64,000 nucleotides of DNA from Kiritimatiellia bacterium (GCA_045598585.1 JAZLMG010000063.1:3205-67204); one strand, 5' to 3'; counted from the first letter of the stretch, positions 23,717 through 34,159 are shown. Numbers and translations are program-made. Notes: a model not told the origin generated them from the sequence alone.

Positions 23717-24712
23717 ATGTACGCTGATATTTCGCTTGCTCTGTCGCTCATTTTCATCCTCGGGGGCTTCTTCGCGCTCACGTGGTCGAGTGATTATTTT
23801 GTCGACGCTTCGGCCTTGATTGCGAAGCGCCTCGGTGTTTCTCCGCTCATAATCGGTATGGTCATCATCGGCTTCGGTACTTCCGCGCCCGAGCTTTGCG
23901 TTTCGACGATGACGGGTATTTCGGGCCACTCGAATATGTCGCTCGGTAACGCCTACGGCTCTTGCATCTTCAACATTCTCGCGATTCTCGGAGTTGCCGC
24001 GCTCATTCGGCCGCTCAAAGTCAAGTCGAGCGTCGTCAAATACTCCGTTCCTTCGCTCCTTGCAATTACGGGTATTTCCTTCTCCTATCTTAAAGATGGC
24101 ATGATGTCGCGCGTCGAGTCGCTCATTCTTCTCGCGATCTTTTTAGGCCTTATGGGCTATAACTGCTATTCGGAGAGAAAAGGTGAAGGGGAAGGTGAAG
24201 ATGATGTTCCTCTTGGCAATAATCAATCCTCGCTTTTTACTCTAAGTCTGAAACTTCTTATTGGCTTAACGGTCCTGATTCTTTCTTCTCATGTCCTCGT
24301 TTGGGGTGCGGTCGACTTTGCGCGTATGCTCGGCGTATCGGAACTTTTGATTGGGCTTACCATCATCGCCATCGGGACGTCGCTCCCGGAGCTCGCCTCC
24401 GCGATAGCTTCCGCGCGGCGCGGCGAACATGAATTCGTCATCGGCAATATCGTCGGCTCCAACCTCTTCAATACGCTCGCCGTTGTCGGTATCGCGGGCT
24501 CGCTTACGCCGATCAAGGATTTCTCGCCGTATATTCTATATCGCGATCTCCCGATTATGCTCCTCGGGACTTCGATGATTGCGCTTTTCGGTTTCAATTG
24601 GAAAAATCCGAAAAGTGAAGGCCATATCAACCGCATCGAGGGAGCTTTTTGGGTCTTATCCATTATCGCCTATTTCGTTTTAACCATTTATCAGGAGATA
24701 CATAATGTCTAA
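23717..24712 (+). CDS. Ca2+/Na+ antiporter (CaCA family, YrbG-like)
   Basis: Two alpha-repeat signatures, GTSAPEL and GTSLPEL, with GNIVGSN. Confidence 0.8.
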   Translation: MYADISLALSLIFILGGFFALTWSSDYFVDASALIAKRLGVSPLIIGMVIIGFGTSAPELCVSTMTGISGHSNMSLGNAYGSCIFNILAILGVAALIRPLKVKSSVVKYSVPSLLAITGISFSYLKDGMMSRVESLILLAIFLGLMGYNCYSERKGEGEGEDDVPLGNNQSSLFTLSLKLLIGLTVLILSSHVLVWGAVDFARMLGVSELLIGLTIIAIGTSLPELASAIASARRGEHEFVIGNIVGSNLFNTLAVVGIAGSLTPIKDFSPYILYRDLPIMLLGTSMIALFGFNWKNPKSEGHINRIEGAFWVLSIIAYFVLTIYQEIHNV

Positions 24713-25376
24713 AGTTATCGCCATCGACGGCCCCAGCGGCGCCGGTAAGTCCTCGGTTTCGCGTATTGTCGGAGAAAAGCTCGGTTTCCTCCATGTCGAT
24801 TCGGGTGCACTCTATCGCATCATGACCTGGCAGGCCTTGGAAAAGAAGATCAATACCGACGATCCCGAAGAAGTCGCCAAGCTCGCGGAGAAAGTCGTGA
24901 TCGAATGTCGTCCTGAAGAAGGTCACATCGCCTATTATGTCGAAGGCGTCGCTCCGGGCAACAAGATCCGCACTCCCGAAATCAATGCTCACGCTTCGAA
25001 AGTCGCGACCGTCAAAGCGATTCGCGATTATGTGACGAATCTTCTTCGCGGCATGACGCAGTATGGCGATATCGTCGTCGAAGGCCGCGACATCACAACC
25101 GCCGTCTTCCCCGACTCGCCTGCTCGCTTCTATCTTACCGCGTCTGCCGAAGCTCGTGCGCGTCGTCGCCAGAAGGAAGAAGTCGAGAAGGGTATAGCAA
25201 ACCAAACCGCCGAAGCCGTTAAGGCCTCGCTCCTCGCGCGTGACCAAATCGACTCGACGCGTAAGTATGCTCCCCTCAAAAAGGCCGACGGCGCCATCGA
25301 GATCGACTCGAGCGATTTGACGCTCGATGAGGTCGTTCAGCTCGTTATGGACAAGGTTAATGAAGCTTTCGGTTAA
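24705..25376 (+). CDS. cmk: cytidylate kinase
   Basis: VIAIDGPSGAGKSSVSR P-loop and DSGALYR. Confidence 0.9.
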   Translation: MSKVIAIDGPSGAGKSSVSRIVGEKLGFLHVDSGALYRIMTWQALEKKINTDDPEEVAKLAEKVVIECRPEEGHIAYYVEGVAPGNKIRTPEINAHASKVATVKAIRDYVTNLLRGMTQYGDIVVEGRDITTAVFPDSPARFYLTASAEARARRRQKEEVEKGIANQTAEAVKASLLARDQIDSTRKYAPLKKADGAIEIDSSDLTLDEVVQLVMDKVNEAFG

Positions 25377-26193
25377 GCTTTGTCTCGCTATCCTCGCCGT
25401 TTACCTCGGCGCGGCACTTTACGGCGAATATGAGTATCGGGTCGCGAAGTATCGGGATGTGACGCCGATATATAACCGCGTCGATACGTCCTGCCGTTAT
25501 CTTCCGCCTTCTCCTCAGCATATTTTAGGTACCGACAACCTCGGCCGCTCGGTCGCGCGTCGCCTCGTACAAGGTACGCGCATCGCGTTCCATGTCGGTA
25601 TCATGACCTCTTTAATCGCGATCCCCTTGGGGGTGCTCTTGGGGCTACTCGGCGGATATTTCGGCGGCAAGGTCGATTCTCTCGTCGTTTGGCTTTCCGC
25701 AACTGTCGCGAGTATGCCGGGACTTCTCTTTATTTTGGCAATTTCGCTCATAGTCGGGCAAGGGCTCCTTGGTATCTATCTCGGTATCGGCTTTACGACC
25801 TGGGTAGGCGTCTGTCGTACGATTCGCGCGGAGGTGATGAAACATCGCGAAAGAGCGTATGTTCAGGCCGCGAAGACGCTCGGCTACTCTCACGCTCGCA
25901 TCATGTTCCGCCACATTCTCCCGAATGTGATGCATATTGTCCTTATTCAGTTCTCAATTCGTTTCCCTTCGGCGGTTTCGACGGAAGTCTTCATTTCCTT
26001 CCTCGGTATCGGCGTTCAGGGAGAGCCGAGCTGGGGCATTATGATCAACAACGCGCGTCTTCGCCTTTGGCAGGGCGTTTGGTGGGAAATGGCGTTTACG
26101 ACCGCGGCGATTTTCGTTCTCGTTTTGGTGTTCAATCATTTGGCGGACTATTTGCGCGATCGTTTGGACCCCGCATTAAGAAGTGAAAGGTAA
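25360..26193 (+). CDS. ABC transporter permease (peptide/nickel DppC/OppC type)
   Basis: HILGTDNLGRSV motif and EAA loop (AAKTLGYSHARIMFRHILPN). No cognate ATPase or binding-protein gene is adjacent. Confidence 0.7.
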   Translation: MKLSVKLCLAILAVYLGAALYGEYEYRVAKYRDVTPIYNRVDTSCRYLPPSPQHILGTDNLGRSVARRLVQGTRIAFHVGIMTSLIAIPLGVLLGLLGGYFGGKVDSLVVWLSATVASMPGLLFILAISLIVGQGLLGIYLGIGFTTWVGVCRTIRAEVMKHRERAYVQAAKTLGYSHARIMFRHILPNVMHIVLIQFSIRFPSAVSTEVFISFLGIGVQGEPSWGIMINNARLRLWQGVWWEMAFTTAAIFVLVLVFNHLADYLRDRLDPALRSER

Positions 26194-27004
26194 TATGTTT
26201 CCGATAACTCTCAAAAATCCGCTTATCGTCTTCGATATCGAATCGACCGGCACCAGCCCTCGCAAAGACCGCATCATTGAACTCGCTGCGATCAAGGTAA
26301 ATGTGGACGGCTCCGAAGAAGAGCGCTGTTGGCTCCTTAACCCGACTTGTCACATCCCTGAGGAAACTACCGCGATTCACGGTATCGCCGACGAAGACGT
26401 TAAGGACTGCCCGACTTTCGCCGAGAAAGCCCTCGAGATTTTCGAGTTCTTTAAGGAGGCGGATCTCTCCGGCTACAACTCCGACCGCTTCGACGTGCTT
26501 ATGCTCGAAGAAGAATTCGCGCGCGTAAGTCTTAATTTTGCCGCGTCTTCCCGCAAGCACGTCGATGTCCAGCGTATTTACCATAAGAAAGAACCTCGCG
26601 ATTTGACCGCGGCAGTTCGCTACTATCTCGGCCGCTCCCACGATGGCGCGCATGGCGCCGAAGCGGATACTCGCGCGACGCTTGAAGTCTTGAAGGCGCA
26701 GCTCGTCAAGTACGCTGACGTCCCTCGCACAGTCGAGGAAATCGACGAATATCTCGCGCCCCATGACCCGAATAATGCGGATCGCGGCGGACTTATCCGC
26801 TGGAAGAACGGCGCGTGGGTCCTCAACTTCGGCAAGAAGAAGGGCGAGCGTCTCGACAAGCTCCTGATCAATGAACCGAACTTCCTTCGTTGGATGCTTA
26901 AAGGCGACTTCGATACGGAAGTCAGAATGATCGTCAAAGATCTCCTTGATAACGGCAAGCTCCCTCCCGCCCCGAAACAGAATGTAATTACGAAAGAACT
27001 CTAA
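26183..27004 (+). CDS. DEDDh 3'-5' exonuclease (DnaQ-like) domain protein
   Basis: Exo I motif VFDIESTG, Exo II GYNSDRFDVLML and Exo III HGAEADTRAT. Confidence 0.7.
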   Translation: MKGNMFPITLKNPLIVFDIESTGTSPRKDRIIELAAIKVNVDGSEEERCWLLNPTCHIPEETTAIHGIADEDVKDCPTFAEKALEIFEFFKEADLSGYNSDRFDVLMLEEEFARVSLNFAASSRKHVDVQRIYHKKEPRDLTAAVRYYLGRSHDGAHGAEADTRATLEVLKAQLVKYADVPRTVEEIDEYLAPHDPNNADRGGLIRWKNGAWVLNFGKKKGERLDKLLINEPNFLRWMLKGDFDTEVRMIVKDLLDNGKLPPAPKQNVITKEL

Positions 27005-27007
27005 ACA

Positions 27008-28612
27008 ATGGCAGGCGAATATCAGTTTTCTTTAATCGACGTCACGAAGCAGCAGGGCACGAAGACGATCCTGAAAGACGTCAATCTCTCGTTTTTCTAT
27101 GGCGCTCATATCGGTGTTATCGGCGGAAACGGCGCGGGTAAGTCCTCGCTTCTTAAGATTCTTGCCGGGCTCGACACCGATCTTATGGGCACGGTGCAAG
27201 TCGCGAAGGGCACCAAGGTCGGCTATCTCCCGCAGGAACCTGTCCTCGACGACTCGAAGACCGTTCTCGAGACGGTTATGGAAGGCGTCAAGGAAGCTCA
27301 GGATATGGTGACGCGCTACGAAGATCTTTGCTGCGAGCTTGACGATCCGAAGGCTGCGGAGGAGATGGAGCGTCTTCAGGCGATCATCGACGCGAACGAC
27401 TACTGGAATCTCGAGAACCTCGTCGAGCGTCGCATGGCCGACCTCGGTTGCCCCGATGGCTCGAAATCGGTTGCCGTTCTCTCGGGCGGTGAACGTCGCC
27501 GCGTCGCCATCGCTCGACTCCTTCTTTCGAATCCCGACGTCCTTCTCCTCGACGAACCGACGAACCACCTCGACGCCGAAACGACGTTCCGCCTCGAGGC
27601 GTATTTGAAGGAGTTCAAGGGTACCTTGATTGTCGTCACGCACGACCGCTACTTCCTCTCGGACGTTACCGACTGGATTCTCGAACTCGACCACGGCATC
27701 TGCTATCCTTATAAGGGGAATTACGAAGGGTGGCTCAAGCAGAAGGAAGCGCTGCTTCAGCGCGAGGCGAACGTCGAAAAGTCGCGTCAGAAGATGCTCG
27801 AAAACGAACTCAAGTGGATTCAGACGAATCCCTCGGGACGCCATGCGAAGGCGAAGGCGCGTGTCGAGCGTTACGAAGAACTCCAGAAACAGACCGTCAA
27901 TACTCGCGAAGACGATCTCGTCATCCGCATTCCGCCGGGCCCGCGCCTCGGCAACCTCGTCGTCAAGGCCGAACACGTCAAGATGGCTTTCGGCGATCAG
28001 GTTCTCTATACCGATCTCAACTTCGATTTGCCGCGCGGCGGTATTGTCGGCGTTATCGGCGCGAATGGTGCGGGCAAGACGACACTCTTTAAACTCATTA
28101 CCGGACAGCTTCAGCCCGTCGAAGGCAAGTTCACGGTCGGCGAAACGGTCAAGCTCTCTTACGTCGATCAGACGCGCAGCGAACTTAAGCCTGAAGAAAC
28201 TGTCTATGAGGCGATTACGGGTGGTGGCGAATTCGTCAATCTCGCGGGTACGACGATGATGAACGGCCGTGCTTATTGCTCGCGCTTCAACTTCCGTGGT
28301 CCCGAACAGCAGAAGAAAGTCGGCGTTCTCTCGGGCGGTGAAAGAAACCGCGTCCACCTCGCGAAGCTTCTTACTTCGGGCGGCAATCTCCTCCTTCTTG
28401 ACGAACCGACGAACGACCTCGACGTCGCGACCTTGCGTTCCTTGGAAGAAGGTCTCCAGGAATTCGGTGGTTGCGTGATGGTTGTCTCGCACGACCGCTG
28501 GTTCCTCGACCGAATCGCGACCCATATTCTCGCTTTCGAAGGTAAAGGCAAGACCACCTGGTTCGAGGGCTCATACTCCGAATATCACGAAATGCTCTCG
28601 AAAAGAAAATAA
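27008..28612 (+). CDS. ettA: ABC-F ATPase, EttA-like translational throttle
   Basis: Two ABC cassettes (GGNGAGKSS / LSGGERRR / LLLDEP and GANGAGKTT / LSGGERNR / LLLDEP) and no TM domain. Confidence 0.85.
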   Translation: MAGEYQFSLIDVTKQQGTKTILKDVNLSFFYGAHIGVIGGNGAGKSSLLKILAGLDTDLMGTVQVAKGTKVGYLPQEPVLDDSKTVLETVMEGVKEAQDMVTRYEDLCCELDDPKAAEEMERLQAIIDANDYWNLENLVERRMADLGCPDGSKSVAVLSGGERRRVAIARLLLSNPDVLLLDEPTNHLDAETTFRLEAYLKEFKGTLIVVTHDRYFLSDVTDWILELDHGICYPYKGNYEGWLKQKEALLQREANVEKSRQKMLENELKWIQTNPSGRHAKAKARVERYEELQKQTVNTREDDLVIRIPPGPRLGNLVVKAEHVKMAFGDQVLYTDLNFDLPRGGIVGVIGANGAGKTTLFKLITGQLQPVEGKFTVGETVKLSYVDQTRSELKPEETVYEAITGGGEFVNLAGTTMMNGRAYCSRFNFRGPEQQKKVGVLSGGERNRVHLAKLLTSGGNLLLLDEPTNDLDVATLRSLEEGLQEFGGCVMVVSHDRWFLDRIATHILAFEGKGKTTWFEGSYSEYHEMLSKRK

Positions 28613-28738
28613 TTTTCGAACGAGCTGTGCGCCAGACTAGATTTTGAAAGAGTTATTCGGTGCATTTGACGTTTCTATGTGTCATCTGAGATTGCTTGTC
28701 ACACCCGAGTTTAAGGGTTGAGGTATGAAAGGGAAATA

Positions 28739-28747
28739 TGATATAAT
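28739..28747 (+). promoter_or_regulatory. extended -10 promoter (TGATATAAT) 7 nt upstream of the nadA ATG
   Basis: TGATATAAT at 28739-28747; ATG at 28755. Confidence 0.5.
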
Positions 28748-28754
28748 TTGCAAT

Positions 28755-29651
28755 ATGATTAAAGAGATAGAAGAACTGAAAAAGGCGAGGAACGCGGTTA
28801 TCCTCGCCCATAACTATACGCGCGGAGAAGTTCAGGATGTAGCCGACTATACGGGCGACTCGCTTGAGCTTGCCCGCAAAGCGACCCAGGTCGAGGCGGA
28901 CGTGATCGTTTTTTGCGGCGTCTACTTCATGGCCGAAACCGCGAAGATTTTAAACCCCACGAAGACGGTCCTCATTCCCGATCCTTCCGCCGGGTGTCCG
29001 ATGGCCGACATGATTACCGGCGAACAGCTTCGCGCGCTTAAGGCGAAGCATCCGGGCGCCAAGGCCGTCTGCTACGTCAACTCGACCGCTGAAGTGAAGG
29101 CCGAATGCGATATGTGCGTCACGAGCGGGAACGCCGAGAAGGTCATGAAGACTTTCGGTGAAGACGAAGAAATCCTTTTCGTTCCCGATCAGCATTTGGG
29201 TGGTCATATCGCCGGACTCTTGGGGCGCAAATATCAGCTTTGGCCCGGCTTTTGTCCGACGCATGCGATGCTTACCGCCAAGTCGATCGAAGAAGCGCGA
29301 AAAGCTCATCCCGGCGTTAAGGTCATGGTTCACCCCGAATGCGCGAAAGATGTGCGCGACGCGGCGGACTACAACCTCTCGACGGGCGGAATGTGCAAGC
29401 TCGCACGCGAGTCGGAGGAAAAGGAGTTTATCGTCGGCACCGAACTCGGCATTCTTCATCGTCTCCAAAAGGAGAATCCCGAAAAGAAGTTTTATCCTGT
29501 CACCGAACGTCTCGTTTGCCCGAATATGAAGAAGACGACGCTCGAAAACCTGCGTGACGCTCTCAAACACAACCAACACGAAGTCATCGTTCCCGCCGAA
29601 ACTGCCGCGAAAGCCAAGAAGGCGATTGAAGCGATGCTTAAAATCAGCTGA
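28755..29651 (+). CDS. nadA: quinolinate synthase
   Basis: ILAHNY, DYTGDSL, FCGVYFMAET and HPEC motifs. Confidence 0.9.
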   Translation: MIKEIEELKKARNAVILAHNYTRGEVQDVADYTGDSLELARKATQVEADVIVFCGVYFMAETAKILNPTKTVLIPDPSAGCPMADMITGEQLRALKAKHPGAKAVCYVNSTAEVKAECDMCVTSGNAEKVMKTFGEDEEILFVPDQHLGGHIAGLLGRKYQLWPGFCPTHAMLTAKSIEEARKAHPGVKVMVHPECAKDVRDAADYNLSTGGMCKLARESEEKEFIVGTELGILHRLQKENPEKKFYPVTERLVCPNMKKTTLENLRDALKHNQHEVIVPAETAAKAKKAIEAMLKIS

Positions 29652-30559
29652 TGTTACCTTTACTTCTTGCTCTAACGATCGCCTTCCCGAAGGCGAATCA
29701 GTCGCTCGCATACTATGACGAGTGTTATCTGATCGGAGCCGTCGACCCCGGCGCCACCAATATCGTGATTCAAGGTAAGGATGTTCCCGTTCATGCCTCG
29801 GGAGCTTTCGCAACGATGATCAGCCTCGTCGAAGGGACGAATACGGTAAATGTTGCTGGGAGTAATCACGTCTTCCGCGTCGCCAAAAAGCCCGCGCCCC
29901 CGAAGCCGCTTCCTCCCGGAGCTGAGCCGCCGAAGCCGAAACCTTACGAAAAGCTCGGTTATGCCGCAGATGAAGCGCGGCCCCATCCGGTCGGTCTTGA
30001 GCCCGAAGAGATTACGGTTATTCTCGACCCCGGACATGGCGGCAAAGATCCCGGCAGCTTCTCGCCCCACAATCTCCCCGAAAAGGACGCGAATCTCCGT
30101 ATGGCCAAGGCGGTCAAGAAGGAGATGGAAGCGATCGGCTACAAGGTCTTTTTGACGCGTGAAGACGATTCCTTCGTCGAGCTCTTCGAGCGTCCGCGCC
30201 TTGCTCACGAAAAGAACGCTGAAGCGTTTATCTCGATTCATCATAATGCGCCGCCTCCCAATAAGAATCCGCTCGAGTTCCGTTATACGGCCGTTTATGC
30301 GTGGAACGACATAGGTATGGAGCTCGGTACGGCGATCAACAAGGCGATGGCTGAGGTCTTGGAAGGCGAGGTCAAAAATAACGGCGTTCCTCACGCGAAC
30401 TATGCGGTAACGCGAAATCCCGAGATCCCGAGTTGCCTTATCGAAGTCGATTTTCTTACCTCCCCCGAAAGCGAACTTTCGTGCTGGGACAAGAATCGTC
30501 GCGTGATGTTAGCTAAGGCCATTGCCGAGGGCTTTCGCGCTTGGACGATGAAAAGATAA
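29651..30559 (+). CDS. N-acetylmuramoyl-L-alanine amidase (Amidase_3) with N-terminal extension
   Basis: ILDPGHGGKDPG, SIHHNA and the remainder of the Amidase_3 layout in the C-terminal half. Confidence 0.8.
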   Translation: MLPLLLALTIAFPKANQSLAYYDECYLIGAVDPGATNIVIQGKDVPVHASGAFATMISLVEGTNTVNVAGSNHVFRVAKKPAPPKPLPPGAEPPKPKPYEKLGYAADEARPHPVGLEPEEITVILDPGHGGKDPGSFSPHNLPEKDANLRMAKAVKKEMEAIGYKVFLTREDDSFVELFERPRLAHEKNAEAFISIHHNAPPPNKNPLEFRYTAVYAWNDIGMELGTAINKAMAEVLEGEVKNNGVPHANYAVTRNPEIPSCLIEVDFLTSPESELSCWDKNRRVMLAKAIAEGFRAWTMKR

Positions 30560-30567
30560 ACTCCCCC

Positions 30568-30597
30568 TTGACGAAGGGTAGGGAAAAGTGGTAAAAT
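30568..30597 (+). promoter_or_regulatory. sigma70-type promoter (TTGACG - 18 nt - TAAAAT with upstream TG)
   Basis: TTGACG at 30568-30573 and TGGTAAAAT at 30589-30597, upstream of the CDS at 30636. Confidence 0.5.
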
Positions 30598-30635
30598 ATT
30601 AGGGTTAATTTAACACAAAGAAGGAAAAATCAACA

Positions 30636-31331
30636 ATGAAGAAAATGATGAAGTTCGCTCTCGTTGCGCTCGCGCTCAGCTTGGTCGCGCCGGTTATGGC
30701 CGATGAAGACGAAGGTGCTGTCGGTTACACCCCCGTTGCTGTCGCTCTTTGGTCGCCCGTTCAGCTCCCTTGGGGACAGGGTAACTGGGATGTCTTCGGC
30801 CTCGATCTCGGTATCTTCTACACCGATGTCGCCAAGATGTACGGTTACAACTTCGCTGCTGCCGGTACTTGCCGCGACGACGTTATCGGTCTTACGACTA
30901 CCGCGATTTTCAACTACGCCAACTCCGATGTTTATGGTTTGCGCGCGGGTCTCGGCGTCAATATGTGCAACGGCACGGTCTATGGTCTTGAGGCGGGCGG
31001 CTTCGGCTACCACCGCAAGATTTACGGTATGGACGTCGAGTTCCTCGGCACGATGCAGGAAGAAGCTTGCGGCGTTTTGATCGGCGGTATTCTTAACCTT
31101 ACCGAAAAGGAAACGACCGGCGCCACCATCGCTATCGGCGTCAACCTCGCTCCCAAGGCCTATGGCGCGCAGATTGCCGGTGTCTTCAACCAGACTGAAG
31201 AACTCCACGGTTGTCAGATCGGCCTCGTCAACTTCGCACGCGAGTGCCCCTGGGGCTTCCAGGTCGGTGTTGTCAATATCATCATGGACAACCAGGTCAA
31301 GGTCCTTCCGCTCGTAAATGGCTACTTCTAA
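30636..31331 (+). CDS. secreted repeat protein (G-x-Q/E-x-G-x-x-N type surface repeats)
   Basis: Signal peptide (MKKMMKFALVALALSLVAPVMA) followed by degenerate ~20-aa Gly-rich repeats (YGLEAGGFG, GAQIAGVFNQ, GCQIGLVNFA, GFQVGVVNI). Confidence 0.5.
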   Translation: MKKMMKFALVALALSLVAPVMADEDEGAVGYTPVAVALWSPVQLPWGQGNWDVFGLDLGIFYTDVAKMYGYNFAAAGTCRDDVIGLTTTAIFNYANSDVYGLRAGLGVNMCNGTVYGLEAGGFGYHRKIYGMDVEFLGTMQEEACGVLIGGILNLTEKETTGATIAIGVNLAPKAYGAQIAGVFNQTEELHGCQIGLVNFARECPWGFQVGVVNIIMDNQVKVLPLVNGYF

Positions 31332-32322
31332 TAACCCATTCTTGAAGAAGGCAACGGGAGCTAATTCTAAAGCTCCCGTTTCTTCTGTCGATAAGAAGAA
31401 GCATGGCCTCGGAAGGGGCTTGAGCTCGCTTATCCCTCAGACGCCCGTAAAACCGGCGTCTTTGCCTGCTATTAAGCCCGTCGCCCCTCAGGCGGCTGCT
31501 GCGGAACCCGGCAAGCCCTTGGAACTTCCGATTCTCGACATCGAACGCTCGCCTTATCAGCCGCGTCGTGAGTTCAAGGAAGAGGAGCTTAAGGAGCTCG
31601 CCGAATCGCTTAAGAACAACGGTCTTGTTCAGCCCCCGACTGTTCGTAAGAACTCGAAGGGCAAGTATGAACTTATCGCCGGTGAACGCCGTCTTCGTGC
31701 CGCGCAAATTGCCGGTTGGACGAAGATTCGCGTGACGCTCGTCGAAGCTGACGATCTTACGGCAGCTGCGATGACGACAACCGAAAACATCAATCGTGAG
31801 GACTTGAATCCGATTGAAGAGGCGATGGCCTACAAGACTTTGCAGGATACTTTCGGGCTTATCCAAGCACAAGTCGCCGAACGTGTGGGCAAGGGTCGCG
31901 CCACTGTTGCCAACTCGGTTCGCCTTTTGGAACTCCCCGAAGAAGTTCGTGAACTTATCTCGAATCGTCTTATCTCCGTTGGACATGCGAAAGTTCTTCT
32001 TTCGATCGAAGGCGAAAAGAATCGCACGATTCTCGCGCGTGAGGTCGTTAACGAGCAGTTAACCGTCAGAGCGCTTGAGAAAAAGATCGAACGACTCAAA
32101 AACCCTGTGGTCGAGTCGAAGAAGGGCGTGCCGGATCTTCCCGAAGGCTACGTCAAAAATCTCTCTGATCGTCTTAAAAAGTTCTTCGGTTGCGCAGTTC
32201 GCGTCACTTCCGGTGTTACTCACGAAAGCGGCAAACATACGAAGGGTGTCGTCGAAATCGACTTCTTCGATAATGACGAGCTCGATCGTATCATTCGCAT
32301 GATCGGAGTTACTGTCGAGTAA
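31318..32322 (+). CDS. parB: chromosome partitioning protein ParB
   Basis: GLGRGLSSLIP, PYQPRREF, GERRLRAA and ENINREDLNPIEEA. Confidence 0.85.
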   Translation: MATSNNPFLKKATGANSKAPVSSVDKKKHGLGRGLSSLIPQTPVKPASLPAIKPVAPQAAAAEPGKPLELPILDIERSPYQPRREFKEEELKELAESLKNNGLVQPPTVRKNSKGKYELIAGERRLRAAQIAGWTKIRVTLVEADDLTAAAMTTTENINREDLNPIEEAMAYKTLQDTFGLIQAQVAERVGKGRATVANSVRLLELPEEVRELISNRLISVGHAKVLLSIEGEKNRTILAREVVNEQLTVRALEKKIERLKNPVVESKKGVPDLPEGYVKNLSDRLKKFFGCAVRVTSGVTHESGKHTKGVVEIDFFDNDELDRIIRMIGVTVE

Positions 32323-32328
32323 AAGGGA

Positions 32329-33177
32329 ATGCTTTCGCTTCTGCTAGCGGCGGCATTAACTTTCACTCAGTCGGACGCTGAGCTTAGCTACAATACGGCT
32401 TCGAATTTGGTTGTGAAGCACACCCCGCGCGATGCGGGGACGATTCGCGGTAGAATTGCCGCGAATTATTTATTAGATGAAGCGAGCCGTATGGGCGTGA
32501 ATGTTCGCCGAGATCAGTTTGAGGCGAAGACGCGCAAGGGAATGCGAGATTTTGTAAATCTATACTGCGAGTTCAAATTTCATCCGGAAGGTGAGTGGAT
32601 CGTCCTCCTTTCGCACTACGATACCAAGCCCGGAATCGACTGTCCCGGTGCCAATGACGGCGCTTCCACTTCGGGACTTATGGTCGGGCTCGCCAATATG
32701 CTTACGAGAGCGAGCGGCTTCAAACATAATGTCCTTCTCGTTTGGACCGATGGTGAAGAAGCTCAACTCGCCTACGGCGTAAACGACGGGCTCTTCGGCT
32801 CGAAGCGCACGGTAGAGTGGATTAAAAAGAAAGACTACAAGGTTCGCGCGGTCATTTGTCTCGATATGCTCGGCGATAAGAATCTTGAGCTCTCGGTACC
32901 GAAAAACGGTCATCCTGCCTTGACCAAACTCGCCGTGGTTGCCGGGAAACGCGCGAAAGTGCCGGTGAAGCCGATTGAAGAGTTCGTGCGCGATGACCAT
33001 GTGCCGTTTCTCGAGGCGGATTACAAGGCCATTGATTTGATTGATTTTCATTATGGCTCGCAGCCGGGACTTAACGATTACTGGCACACGAGCGAAGATA
33101 CGATCGACAAGATTTCCGTTGAGTCGCTTAAAAAAAGCGGGTCGGTAGTTGCGCAACTTATCAATATTTTGCTATAA
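32329..33177 (+). CDS. M28-family metallopeptidase-like protein
   Basis: SHYDTKP..GANDGASTSG and DGEE metal-ligand motifs, and a distal DDH. Confidence 0.6.
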   Translation: MLSLLLAAALTFTQSDAELSYNTASNLVVKHTPRDAGTIRGRIAANYLLDEASRMGVNVRRDQFEAKTRKGMRDFVNLYCEFKFHPEGEWIVLLSHYDTKPGIDCPGANDGASTSGLMVGLANMLTRASGFKHNVLLVWTDGEEAQLAYGVNDGLFGSKRTVEWIKKKDYKVRAVICLDMLGDKNLELSVPKNGHPALTKLAVVAGKRAKVPVKPIEEFVRDDHVPFLEADYKAIDLIDFHYGSQPGLNDYWHTSEDTIDKISVESLKKSGSVVAQLINILL

Positions 33178-33178
33178 T
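33170..33178 (+). promoter_or_regulatory. extended -10 promoter (TGCTATAAT) 9 nt upstream of the ATG at 33188
   Basis: The box lies at the 3' end of the M28 gene; the ATG follows after 9 nt. Confidence 0.45.
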
Positions 33179-33187
33179 ATCAGCGAT

Positions 33188-33478
33188 ATGTTTTCCTCTT
33201 TAAAAGAACAATGGCTTTTTTATCTGACGATCCTTTTCATCGCCGGAATTTTCGTCTTTTTAGGGCTCGTCACATTCCCGAAATATCAGCGAGGAACGGA
33301 GCTTAAGAAGCGTGCGGCGGAACTCGACGAAGTCATCGAGAAGAAGAAACGCGAAATTGCCGAACTTAAGGATTTCCAGCAGCGTTTTCGCTCGGATCCC
33401 GATTTCGTCGAAAAGATCGCGCGGCAGAATCACCGCGTTTACCCCGGCGAGCTCGTCTTCGTTTTCGTCGATGAATAA
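33188..33478 (+). CDS. FtsB/DivIC-like septum formation initiator
   Basis: One N-terminal TM helix followed by a coiled coil (ELKKRAAELDEVIEKKKREIAELKDFQQRFRSDPDFVEKIAR). Confidence 0.6.
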   Translation: MFSSLKEQWLFYLTILFIAGIFVFLGLVTFPKYQRGTELKKRAAELDEVIEKKKREIAELKDFQQRFRSDPDFVEKIARQNHRVYPGELVFVFVDE

Positions 33479-33481
33479 GCG

Positions 33482-34159
33482 ATGGGCAATTTCTTTCGCT
33501 TGATTCTCGGAATCCTTCTTATCCCTGCGTGTTGGGGGATGGCGCTCGTATTATGTCGAGCGATAGTCATCGGCGTATCCGCGAAGACCGCTTCTTCGGT
33601 CGAGACGTTTTCGCTTTTGGGCGGCATGGTCGCCTTCGCGTTTTTTTGGATGGCGATCTCGAAGCCGATGAAAACCTATGTCCTCGGCCATGAGCTCACT
33701 CACGCTTTGTGGGGACTCGTTTTCGGGGCTCATCCTCATGATATAAAAGTGGGTCTCTCCGGCGGGAGCGTGAAGCTTACAAAGACCAATTTCCTGATCA
33801 CGCTTGCGCCGTACTTTTTCCCGTTTTACACTTTCGTCGTCATAATTGCCGCGCTTATCACCTATGCGTTCGTAAAACCCTTGCCGTTTATGCCGCTCTG
33901 GATGTTCTTGGTCGGATTTACCTGGGCTTTTCATGCGCTATTTACGCTTCAGACATTAACCGAACGTCAGCCCGATATCAAGCTTTACGGGCGCGTCTTC
34001 TCTTGGGTCTTCATTTTCCTCGCTAACGTAGTTTTGATCCTTGTTTTCATTGCTTCGACGAGCGAACTTACTTTTCTTCAGCTTTGGACGTTAATTCTTG
34101 ACCGCGTGGCGGGAATCTATTTGGAGATAATTCATGGAGCGCTATCTCTCTTTAATTGA
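33482..34159 (+). CDS. polytopic membrane protein with HExxH motif (putative zinc metallopeptidase)
   Basis: LGHELTHALWG motif between TM helices. Confidence 0.4.
   Translation: MGNFFRLILGILLIPACWGMALVLCRAIVIGVSAKTASSVETFSLLGGMVAFAFFWMAISKPMKTYVLGHELTHALWGLVFGAHPHDIKVGLSGGSVKLTKTNFLITLAPYFFPFYTFVVIIAALITYAFVKPLPFMPLWMFLVGFTWAFHALFTLQTLTERQPDIKLYGRVFSWVFIFLANVVLILVFIASTSELTFLQLWTLILDRVAGIYLEIIHGALSLFN

Noticed and set aside
23633-23929. 98-aa minus-strand ORF spanning the divergent promoter region and the start of the CaCA gene.
   Set aside because: It overlaps two promoters and the well-supported antiporter N-terminus, and its composition is Arg/Glu-rich antisense-like.
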